From Vicinamibacterales bacterium (GTDB lineage: Bacteria > Acidobacteriota > Vicinamibacteria > Vicinamibacterales > CAVVIG01), in contig JANWLS010000132.1 of the NCBI GenBank assembly GCA_025450765.1, positions 1 through 60,687 on the forward strand: a DNA stretch of 60,687 nt, given 5' to 3'. The notes beneath the pieces were generated by a model, which saw only the letters and a program-made list of their open reading frames with translations, ran no database searches and was not told the DNA's origin. Below are positions 26,719 through 34,388 of the stretch, in pieces (position 1 is the stretch's first letter; the number at the start of each line of letters is the position of its first letter). Both the position numbers and the translations under genes were made by a program.

Positions 26719-27324
26719 ATGGCAGATAGTCCAGCAGTCGGTCAGTTACTAGCGCAGGCGGCGGTCGATCGGGGGGTGGCGGCGCGCCTGATCGAGAACC
26801 CTCGGGCGCAGTTGTCCCAGGCCGGCGTCGATCTACCGTCGACGATCGCCGTGCACGTGTACAAGAACGACGCGACGACCATGCACGCCGTGCTGCCGGT
26901 GGAGATGCCGGGCGAGCTCGACGCGGCACGCCGGGTGAATCCGACGGCCGCCAAGGTCTTCGAGCGTGCGTGGCGAGACGCGGCGTTCAAGAGCCGTCTC
27001 ATGGCGTCGCCGCGGCAGGCCTTCGTCGAAACCACCGGCCTCACGCCTCCCTCGTCGCTGAAACTCGTCGCACACGAGAACACGCCGACGTCGATCAACC
27101 TGGTCATTCCGTACATTCCGACGAGCGAGTTGAGTGACGCGGATCTCGAGCGGGTCGCCGGCGGCAAGGGCGACAGCGGCTGCAGCACAAGCGTACAGGT
27201 GGGCTACTCGCTGGTGGGCGCAGCGCCGGAAGTCGCCGCGGCGAACCTGGGAGTCGGCGGTGCCGTAGGGGCCGTGGGGGCGTTGACGATGCTCGGCGGC
27301 GGCCTCGCGTCTGCCTTCAAATAG
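26719..27324 (+). CDS. RiPP-like precursor with two tandem NHLP (nitrile-hydratase-alpha-like) leader domains, a VAGG double-glycine site and a 52-aa Gly/Ala-rich core
   Basis: The NHLP pattern ERAWRDAAFKSRLMASPRQAF...LKLVAHENTPTSINLVIP...ELSDADLERVAGG is preceded by a second, similar copy. AAAGGGA lies 7 nt before the ATG. The 427-aa track ORF is an upstream artefact. Confidence 0.75.
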   Translation: MADSPAVGQLLAQAAVDRGVAARLIENPRAQLSQAGVDLPSTIAVHVYKNDATTMHAVLPVEMPGELDAARRVNPTAAKVFERAWRDAAFKSRLMASPRQAFVETTGLTPPSSLKLVAHENTPTSINLVIPYIPTSELSDADLERVAGGKGDSGCSTSVQVGYSLVGAAPEVAAANLGVGGAVGAVGALTMLGGGLASAFK

Positions 27325-27333
27325 GGCTCGACC

Positions 27334-28041
27334 ATGGATCTGAAGAGTGCAAAGGTGCTGGTGACTGGTGGCAGCTCCGGGATCGGGCTCGCCACCGCCC
27401 AGCACTTCACGACGTTGGGCGCACGGGTTGCCATCTGCGGCCGCAAGGGCGACAGGCTGAACGCAGCGGCGAAGGCGACCGGCGCGGTCCCGATTGTCGC
27501 CGACGTGAGCCAGGAAGCGGATGTCGTACGGTTGATCGAAACGGCCGTTCGCGAGCTCGGCGGGTACGACACGCTGATCAACAACGCCGGTTTCGGCCGC
27601 TTCGCGCCGCTTCTCGAGATGAGCGCCGACGACTTCCGGCGCGTGTGGGAAACGAATGTGCTCGGCGCCATGCTCGTCGCGCGCGAGTCGGCGCGCCATT
27701 TCGTGAGCCAGCGCCGCGGCAACATTGTCAACGTCGCCTCGACGACGTCGCAGCGCGCTGGCGCGACCAGCTCCGCGTATGCCTCCAGCAAGTTCGCGCT
27801 CGCAGGACTCACGCAGGTGTGGCGGGCCGAGTTGCGCCAGCACAACGTGCGCGTGATGCAGATCAACCCGAGTGAAGTGCTCACCGGGTTCCGCGCCAAC
27901 TCCGGCCGGCCATCACACGCGGAGAATCCGACAAAGCTCCACGCGGACGATATCGCGCAGGTGATCGCGAGCATGCTCGCGCTCGACGACCGCGGGTTCA
28001 TCACCGACGCCACGGTGTGGGCGACCAACCCCAGCGATTGA
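27334..28041 (+). CDS. Classical SDR family oxidoreductase
   Basis: TGGSSGIG, NNAG and YASSK motifs. Starts 9 nt after the precursor stop. Confidence 0.85.
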   Translation: MDLKSAKVLVTGGSSGIGLATAQHFTTLGARVAICGRKGDRLNAAAKATGAVPIVADVSQEADVVRLIETAVRELGGYDTLINNAGFGRFAPLLEMSADDFRRVWETNVLGAMLVARESARHFVSQRRGNIVNVASTTSQRAGATSSAYASSKFALAGLTQVWRAELRQHNVRVMQINPSEVLTGFRANSGRPSHAENPTKLHADDIAQVIASMLALDDRGFITDATVWATNPSD

Positions 28042-28046
28042 GACCG
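28008..28046 (+). repeat. Direct repeat copy 1 (39 bp): the last 10 codons plus stop of the SDR gene, plus 5 nt
   Basis: cgccacggtgtgggcgaccaaccccagcgattgagaccg. Matches 30448-30486 at 38 of 39 positions. Confidence 0.9.
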
Positions 28047-28182
28047 TCAGCGTGCCGCCTCGATCTCCTGCCGGGTGATCGGGCCGACGGTCCGTTCGAT
28101 GATGTCTCGCGGCCCGGTTCCTCCTCAGTTGATCGGCGGCTCGGAGTTGACTCGAGAGCGATAACGATAACGGAGGCGCGCC

Positions 28183-29547
28183 ATGGATGCTGCACAGCTG
28201 CGAGGACGTTTTCGGGGAGAGATCGTCGAACCGGGCGACGCCGGATACGATGACGCGCGAAAGGTGTACAACGCGATGATCGACCGGCGTCCGCGCCTCA
28301 TCGCGCGATGCCGCGACGCGGGAGACGTCATGACGGCCGTCAATTTCGGGCGTGAGCACACGCTGCTCACGGCGATTCGCGGCGGCGGGCACAACGGCGG
28401 CGGCCTGGGGATCTGCGACGACGGCCTCGTCATCGATCTCTCGGGGATGAAGGGGATCCGTGTCGACCCTGCCGCGCGCACCGTGCGTGTCGAGGGCGGC
28501 TGCACGGGCGGCGAGATGGATCACGCGACGCATGCCTTCGGCATGGCAACGCCGGGCGGCACCGTGTCGACGACGGGCGTGGCCGGCCTGACGCTGGGCG
28601 GTGGCATCGGGCACCTGACGCGACCCTGCGGCCTGGCCATCGACAACCTGCTCGAGGTGGACGTCGTACTCGCCGACGGCCGGTTCGTGACGGCCAACGC
28701 GCAGGAACATGCCGACCTGTTCTGGGCAGTCCGAGGCGGCGGCGGCAACTTCGGCGTCGTCACCTCCTTCCTCTTCCGCCTGCACCCGGTCGCCACGGTG
28801 AGCGCGGGACCGACCTTCTGGCCGATCGAGCAAACGCCAGAGGTCCTGAGCGCCTATCAGACGTTCATCCTCGAAGCGCCCGAGGACGTCAGCGGCTTCT
28901 TCGCGTTCCTGACGATCCCGCCTGTGCCGCTCTTCCCGCCGGAGCTCCACGGCCGGAACGTGTGCGCGGTGATCTGGTGCTCGACGGCCGCGCCGGAGAG
29001 AGCGGACCAGGCGACACGAAAGATGCGGTCGGTCGGCACGCCGCTCCTCGATCACGTCGGACCGATGCCGTTTCCGGTGCTCCAGAGCCTCTTCGATCCG
29101 CTGCTGCCACCTGGCCTGCAATGGTACTGGCGCGCGGACTTCGTGAAGTCGTTCAGCGCCGAAGCCATCCGCACGCATCTGGAGCAGGCCTCGAAGGCGC
29201 CCGCCGGCGCGTCACAGGCTCACATCTATCCGATCAACGGAGCTGTGCACCGCGTGGGGGCGACCGACACGGCGTTCAGCTACCGCGATGCCAATTTCGC
29301 ACTCGTGATCGTCGGCGTGGATCCGGATCCTTCCAACAGGGAGACGATTACGAAGTGGTGCAAGGACTACTTCGACGCCGTGCATCCATATTCCGCGGGC
29401 GGCGCTTACGTGAATTTCATGATGGAGGAAGGCCAGCCGCGCGTGAAGGCGGCCTTCCGGGACAACTACGACCGCCTCGCACGCGTGAAGAAGACGTACG
29501 ATCCGACGAACTTCTTCCGCGTGAATCAGAACATCCAGCCGGCGTAA
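28183..29547 (+). CDS. FAD-linked oxidase with BBE-like C-terminus
   Basis: FAD_binding_4 pattern (AIRGGGHNGGG, IDLSGMKGIRVD) and BBE end YVNFMMEE...YDPTNFFRVNQNIQP. ACGGAGG RBS. Confidence 0.85.
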   Translation: MDAAQLRGRFRGEIVEPGDAGYDDARKVYNAMIDRRPRLIARCRDAGDVMTAVNFGREHTLLTAIRGGGHNGGGLGICDDGLVIDLSGMKGIRVDPAARTVRVEGGCTGGEMDHATHAFGMATPGGTVSTTGVAGLTLGGGIGHLTRPCGLAIDNLLEVDVVLADGRFVTANAQEHADLFWAVRGGGGNFGVVTSFLFRLHPVATVSAGPTFWPIEQTPEVLSAYQTFILEAPEDVSGFFAFLTIPPVPLFPPELHGRNVCAVIWCSTAAPERADQATRKMRSVGTPLLDHVGPMPFPVLQSLFDPLLPPGLQWYWRADFVKSFSAEAIRTHLEQASKAPAGASQAHIYPINGAVHRVGATDTAFSYRDANFALVIVGVDPDPSNRETITKWCKDYFDAVHPYSAGGAYVNFMMEEGQPRVKAAFRDNYDRLARVKKTYDPTNFFRVNQNIQPA

Positions 29548-29659
29548 GCCGTCCTGCGCCGCGCGCGTCGTGCCGGCCCGGGCCGTGGCTGGGACCACGG
29601 ATTAAACGTCGAACGTCCTGCAGGGGTCCAAGAGAACAGATTCACTTTTGGAGGCCTGC

Positions 29660-30154
29660 ATGAAAACGATGGGACGATCGGGGCGCATACCGGTGTTGGT
29701 AGCCATTTTCGCGATGCTCGCGCTGGTGCCAGTGGCCTGGGCGCAAGGGCCGGGCGGGCGCAGGGGGCAAGGCGTCGGGCCGGGTCTGATGGCGATGGCA
29801 CCCGGCGTGTTCCTGCCGCTCAGGGCTGCCCAGCTGACCAACGTGCAGCAGCAGCAGGTGCAATCGTTGATGAGCCAGTTCCGGAAAACGTGGCAGCCAC
29901 AGCTTCAGCCGGCGATGCGGGCGCTTGCCGATGCGATCAAAGCGACGCCGGCTGATGCAGACACCATCCGCGCGCGCAGCGCCGACCTGGCCGCCATTCA
30001 GGCGAACGCCGCGGTCGCCGGTGCGGACTTGCGCGCGCAGATTCTCGCGCTCCTCACGCCCGACCAGCAGCAGCGTGTGCTGCAGTTCGAGGCACAAATG
30101 GAACAGCGGCGCGCCTCGCGCCATCCGTCGAACGGACCGGGCGGCGGCCGCTGA
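29660..30154 (+). CDS. Periplasmic LTXXQ-motif (Spy/CpxP family-like) protein
   Basis: Signal peptide ...AMLALVPVAWAQ and two LTxxQ motifs (LTNVQQQQV, LTPDQQQRV). GGAGG lies 5 nt before ATG 29660. Confidence 0.7.
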   Translation: MKTMGRSGRIPVLVAIFAMLALVPVAWAQGPGGRRGQGVGPGLMAMAPGVFLPLRAAQLTNVQQQQVQSLMSQFRKTWQPQLQPAMRALADAIKATPADADTIRARSADLAAIQANAAVAGADLRAQILALLTPDQQQRVLQFEAQMEQRRASRHPSNGPGGGR

Positions 30155-30160
30155 GCTTCT

Positions 30161-30370
30161 TCACTTCTTCCGGCTGGACGAGCGTTTCTTCGTCGACCGC
30201 TTGCGAGGCACTTTCGCGCCGGCCTTTCTCGCTTCAGAAAGGCCGATCGCGATCGCCTGCTTGCGGCTGGTGACGCGCTGGCCAGACCGGCCGCTCTTGA
30301 GCGTGCCATGCTTTCGCTCGCGCATGGCACGCGCCACTTTCTTCTGCGCCTTCTTTCCGTACTTAGCCAT
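30161..30370 (-). CDS. Small, highly basic protein (DUF6496-like)
   Basis: 69 aa: MAKYGKKAQKKVARAMRERKHGTLKSG...RKQAIAIGLSEARKAGAKVP, with a Lys/Arg/Ser tail. Start at ATG 30370. Confidence 0.6.
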   Translation of the reverse strand: MAKYGKKAQKKVARAMRERKHGTLKSGRSGQRVTSRKQAIAIGLSEARKAGAKVPRKRSTKKRSSSRKK

Positions 30371-30447
30371 GGTTCCGCGCAGGTGCAAAACGTGCGCCAC
30401 GCCGCTGCGCTTCAGGTGATGCGCGCCACGGCCACCAGGCGCACATC

Positions 30448-30486
30448 CGCCACGGTGTGGGCGACCAATCCCAGCGATTGAGACCG
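30448..30486 (+). repeat. Direct repeat copy 2: an orphan duplicate of the SDR 3' end (would encode ...ATVWATNPSD-stop), 4 nt from the patatin-like gene stop
   Basis: cgccacggtgtgggcgaccaatcccagcgattgagaccg. One C/T difference from copy 1. Confidence 0.9.
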
Positions 30487-30490
30487 CCTC

Positions 30491-33187
30491 TCAGGCTTGC
30501 ACCGCAGCGGATCGTGACCATCGCCTGAAGAACGCGGACAGATCGCCATCCACGGCGTACGAGGCGGCCATCTCGTGCACCGAGTGCAGGCCGAGCATCC
30601 GGTAGCTCTCGAACTGCGCCTCATCGAACCATTGGTTCGCCGTCGATTCGTGCGGAAACGCTGGGTGGCTCTTGCCGTAGTTGATCACGTCGATCGGTTC
30701 CCGCCCGCAGAGTGTCGCCTTCAGGTAGATGAGGACCCCGTCCTCCGCCTCGGGACCATCCACCTCGCGATACAAAATCCTGGCAGCCGCGGCGTGCGGG
30801 TTTCCGTTCCCCTGATGCGCCGCATCGATCGGGCAGCCATCGTCGAACACAATCGGGATGCCCAGGTCGATGCGGATCTGCCGAATGGCCGTCGCGAGAT
30901 CGTCGAACGTGTAGGAGGGATCGCAGCTCGCGTCACTCACGAGCACGTACCGGCATCGCCGGAGCACCATCTGATACAGCCCGAGGTTCTCGAAATGCCC
31001 GCCGTCGGACAGGTAGACGTAGGGGCTCCTGTCGGTCGTCAGGCCGAGCATCTCGCGCAGGATCGGCGCCGCGTCGAGTCTCGGCTCGGTGCTCCGCCAG
31101 GTGCGCCTTCCGGCCGTGCCCGGATTTCCCAGCCAGATCCCCAGCCGCGCATTGAACAGCGTCAGTAGAAACGTCAGCGCGGGCGTCGAAAACGCACCCA
31201 TGTTCGGGCTGGCCGCGGCGCCTGAAATCGTGATCGCCGTCCCGAGCGAGAGGCCGCCGCCCCCGGCGCGGCGGGCCGCCGCGTACTCGTCGGCCGGTCG
31301 GTAGCCGAGTCCGTCCGACGCCGAACCCACATGGAGCGGAGTCGCGGTGAACGACTCCGCCTTGCGGTGCAGGCGCCCGTGCGCGGCCTGGGCGATCTTG
31401 TCGAGCGTCATATTGACCACCAGAAATGGCCGCGCAATGACCTTCAACTCAGCCAGGCTCACGTCGTCGGCGGGATCGAAACCCGTGAACGGGTTCGGAT
31501 GCCGGCGGCGACCGGGACGCGAGGCGCCGAGGAAGCTTCGGATCAGCCGGTTCCGGTACATGCCGTGGAGCGAGAACTTGTTCACGGGGACGAACACGCC
31601 CATCAGCATGCCAAACACGAGGTAGACGGCGGCCAGGAGGCTCGCCTCGCGAAGGATGCTGTCGCTGCCGCAGGCGGCGACAGCCGACAGACCGGCGCTG
31701 GCAAAGCCACCATGAATTCGCGCGATCGCCCACTCGTTGAGCCAGGAGAGCGACGATAACAACAGCACCGCGAACGCCGGCGCCGCCAGCCCAAAGGCGA
31801 GGCGCCGCCCAACCGGCGCGCGGCCTTCTCCGACACGCCCGATCGATCGCCCGAGGACCGCGGCCGCGGCTCCGAGCACCGACGTGATGACCGGAATCGC
31901 GGCGGCGGCATGCCCCGGTGTCAGACCAAGGACATCCCGCAGCACGCCTCGTATCATCCGGAGCAACACCGGCCCCTGAAAGACGACCAGTCCGATGAGC
32001 AGCCAGACGACGCCGACCATGAGGAACCAGGCGACGCTGCGGCTCCACCACTCGAGATCCGCGTCATCCATGTCGCTGCCGGCGACGCCCATGAAGACGA
32101 ACGCGCCCGCCATCAGGACGGCCACGAAGAGAGGAAAGGCGGTCGTCACGTAGATCGGTCGGCAGGCGGCGCCCTTCAGCAGCACCGCGAGCCACGTCAG
32201 TCCTGCCATGGCCACGGCACCGGAAATCACGCCGGCCAGAATGGTCTGTGGACGCCACCGGCGTTGGCCGGATAACGGGCCCGCCAACGTCCAGAGTGCA
32301 CCGTGCATCAGTGCCCCCAGCAGGACCAAGTCGATCACACGGTTCCCGCCGGCGCGGCTGGCGGCGACGAGGACCGTCAATCCGATAAGGCTCGCGCAGA
32401 ACGGAAGCAGGTTGAACAGCAGCACCTTATGGGGGCCCGACTGCCGGTCGCCATAGCTGGGGAGGTTGAGCAGCGCGAACAGCGTGCCTCCGAGCAACAA
32501 GGCTGCGCTGACGGAAAAGATGATCGATGCCGGATCCCCGAGGCGATCGGTCGCACCGATCGCGAGCGGCTGATAGAGATCCTGCACGACGCCGAAATAG
32601 ATCACCGGGAGGAGCAGTCCGGCGGCGACGAGCGGCAGAAGGACGAGCCAGTTGAGAAACAGGTTTCGGGCGACGATCGCCACGAGCGTCCAGACGTCCG
32701 CCGAAAGGAAACCGGTCGCCGGGCTCATGAAGCGGCTGCAGGCGCGGAAGCTGGCGACAGGCTCCGGCTCCGGTGGTCCGTCTGCGCAGGGATCGCGGCG
32801 CAGCTCGTCGAACGGCGATGGCACCTCGGGATCGCGCGTCGCCTGGTGCAGCCAGCCAGTCAGCCACCCACCGGTGTAACCGCCGCCCGACACGGTCGAA
32901 AGATAGTCGAATCCGCGCAGGAGATCGTGGCGAGCCAGGCCCTGAATGACGCCGAGCGCGAAGCTGGCGCTTCGAATGCCTCCGCCCGACAGGCAGAGTG
33001 CCGCGTAGGCATTCCGATGTCGCTCGGCAATATGGGCGCGTTGCCGCGCCTCCGCGCCGACGGTCGTCTCCGGTGCGGCGCCTGCGACCGGTGTCGCGAT
33101 GCCGCGCATCTGTCGGTGCTCGGCTTCGAGTACGTCCAGCAGCGAGAGCGGCGGCTCGTCGTCCGGCCGGGATGTCGTGAGTGGCAC
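30491..33187 (-). CDS. Patatin/cPLA2-like lipase with a large polytopic membrane insertion between the catalytic Ser and Asp
   Basis: 898 aa, GTG start. Oxyanion motif SGGGIRS (aa 67-73), nucleophile STVSGGGY (Ser100), about ten hydrophobic helices (aa ~150-545), LSDGGHFENLG (Asp728), and C-terminal FPHESTANQWFDEAQFESYRMLG. Confidence 0.8.
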   Translation of the reverse strand: MPLTTSRPDDEPPLSLLDVLEAEHRQMRGIATPVAGAAPETTVGAEARQRAHIAERHRNAYAALCLSGGGIRSASFALGVIQGLARHDLLRGFDYLSTVSGGGYTGGWLTGWLHQATRDPEVPSPFDELRRDPCADGPPEPEPVASFRACSRFMSPATGFLSADVWTLVAIVARNLFLNWLVLLPLVAAGLLLPVIYFGVVQDLYQPLAIGATDRLGDPASIIFSVSAALLLGGTLFALLNLPSYGDRQSGPHKVLLFNLLPFCASLIGLTVLVAASRAGGNRVIDLVLLGALMHGALWTLAGPLSGQRRWRPQTILAGVISGAVAMAGLTWLAVLLKGAACRPIYVTTAFPLFVAVLMAGAFVFMGVAGSDMDDADLEWWSRSVAWFLMVGVVWLLIGLVVFQGPVLLRMIRGVLRDVLGLTPGHAAAAIPVITSVLGAAAAVLGRSIGRVGEGRAPVGRRLAFGLAAPAFAVLLLSSLSWLNEWAIARIHGGFASAGLSAVAACGSDSILREASLLAAVYLVFGMLMGVFVPVNKFSLHGMYRNRLIRSFLGASRPGRRRHPNPFTGFDPADDVSLAELKVIARPFLVVNMTLDKIAQAAHGRLHRKAESFTATPLHVGSASDGLGYRPADEYAAARRAGGGGLSLGTAITISGAAASPNMGAFSTPALTFLLTLFNARLGIWLGNPGTAGRRTWRSTEPRLDAAPILREMLGLTTDRSPYVYLSDGGHFENLGLYQMVLRRCRYVLVSDASCDPSYTFDDLATAIRQIRIDLGIPIVFDDGCPIDAAHQGNGNPHAAAARILYREVDGPEAEDGVLIYLKATLCGREPIDVINYGKSHPAFPHESTANQWFDEAQFESYRMLGLHSVHEMAASYAVDGDLSAFFRRWSRSAAVQA

Positions 33188-33313
33188 GATGCGTCCGATG
33201 TGCCCTCACTATAAGCCAATTCGGGCGCACTGAACGGCCCGCCGGCTCCGGCTTCCTTCTGACCATCTGAATCCGCGAGCTCGAGATCGCGCTCGAGCGC
33301 CCGCCGCTCGCTC

Positions 33314-33841
33314 TCAGCGCCTGGGATTGTCTCTGGCGTACACGTCCAGACGGTAGGTCTTGAAAAGGAAGGGCTCTGGCTGCTTCTGCTCGCCCAGTCG
33401 CAGGGCCACCGCTGCCGAGCGTGTGTTGTCCGGATGGATGATGCTGATCGCCCGCGGCCAGCGCAGCACGGTAAAGGCATACTCCATCGCCGCCGCGGCG
33501 GCCTCGGTCGCGTACCCCTTTCCCCACGCGTCGCGAGCCAGCGCCCACCCGATCTCATGATCGGGCCAGCCTTCCGGATAGTTCGGGCCCACGCGGCCGA
33601 TGAAGCGGCCGCTCGTCTTCTCGACGACGGCCCACATCCCGAAGCCGCGCATCAGCCAATGGCCCATGGCATAGGCCATGGTGCGCCAGGCGTCCATCCG
33701 GTCCTGCGCCTTCTGATCCAGCGTGATGAAACGGGCGACCTCGGGATCGGCCATCATCGCCGCAAAGGCGTCGAAGTCGGCCGGTTCCATCGCTCTCAGG
33801 AGCAGGCGCGGCGTTTCAAGAGGCGGAGCATCCATGTGCAT
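33314..33841 (-). CDS. GNAT family N-acetyltransferase (RimJ/RimL-like)
   Basis: ETPRLLLRAMEPADFDAF..., HEIGWALARDAWGKGYATEAA and ISIIHPDNTRS motifs. Confidence 0.8.
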   Translation of the reverse strand: MHMDAPPLETPRLLLRAMEPADFDAFAAMMADPEVARFITLDQKAQDRMDAWRTMAYAMGHWLMRGFGMWAVVEKTSGRFIGRVGPNYPEGWPDHEIGWALARDAWGKGYATEAAAAAMEYAFTVLRWPRAISIIHPDNTRSAAVALRLGEQKQPEPFLFKTYRLDVYARDNPRR

Positions 33842-34355
33842 CGAGTATCATTTTGGCATGCCGCTGCTGCTGATGCTGCTCACGATTGCGATCGGCGCCG
33901 CCGGTCCACCATCGACAACAACGGTGGTGCTGGTGCGCCATGCCGAGCGGCAGGGGACGATGACGGCCGATCCGCCGCTCTCGCCTGCGGGCCTGGCGCG
34001 GGCGCAGCGGCTCGCGGCGCTCTTCGGCGAGACGCACGGCAACGGGCGAATCGATACCATCTATGTCACCGACACGCGCCGTACCCAGCAGACGGCGGCG
34101 CCGCTCGCGGCCGATCTCCACGAGCGTCCGATCGTCATGCCCGCCGGCGACGTCGCCGGCCTGGCCTCGCGGGTGCTACGCGACAACCGCGGCCAGCACG
34201 TCCTCATCGTCGGCCACAGCAACACGGTGCCCGAGCTCGTGCATGCGCTGAGCGGCCTCACCGTCGATCCGATCAGCGACGGGGACTACGAGAACATCTA
34301 CATCGTGACGATCCCGTCGAACGGACCCGCGACGCTGCTGCACCTGCGGTATTGA
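33834..34355 (+). CDS. Histidine phosphatase (phosphoglycerate mutase/SixA-like) family protein with N-terminal signal or anchor
   Basis: VVLVRHAERQG (RHG-type motif) and LIVGHSNTVPEL. Start is ATG 33834 or ATG 33858. The track start at 33723 overlaps the GNAT gene. Confidence 0.7.
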   Translation: MCIEYHFGMPLLLMLLTIAIGAAGPPSTTTVVLVRHAERQGTMTADPPLSPAGLARAQRLAALFGETHGNGRIDTIYVTDTRRTQQTAAPLAADLHERPIVMPAGDVAGLASRVLRDNRGQHVLIVGHSNTVPELVHALSGLTVDPISDGDYENIYIVTIPSNGPATLLHLRY

Positions 34356-34388
34356 GCCGCCTCACCGTTCGAGCCGGACGCGTCGTCT

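Noticed and set aside
26719-27324. The possibility that this is a genuine nitrile hydratase or thiocyanate hydrolase alpha subunit.
   Set aside because: There is no CxLCSC metal-binding motif (the protein has only one Cys), no beta subunit or activator gene nearby, and a double-glycine motif with a hydrophobic tail is present.
28047-28124. A 25-codon open frame on the minus strand (GGTGPRDIIERTVGPITRQEIEAAR-stop) that ends exactly at the inner edge of repeat copy 1. It could be the relic 3' end of a lost convergent gene.
   Set aside because: It has no start codon, is bounded by an in-frame stop 25 codons upstream, and is too short to identify. High GC3 alone is not evidence in this genome. 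I kept it only as a note to the 39-bp repeat finding.
28008-30486. Calling the repeat-flanked module a mobile element or genomic island feature.
   Set aside because: It has no integrase, transposase, terminal inverted repeats or tRNA target, and I did not see an obvious compositional difference. It is reported as a finding, not annotated as a mobile_element.
33188-33313. A full sigma70 promoter call for the patatin-like gene (TATAGT at 33213-33208).
   Set aside because: The -10 box is good, but no acceptable -35 (best match GTTCAG/CGTTCA) lies at 16-18 nt. It is mentioned in the patatin finding only.
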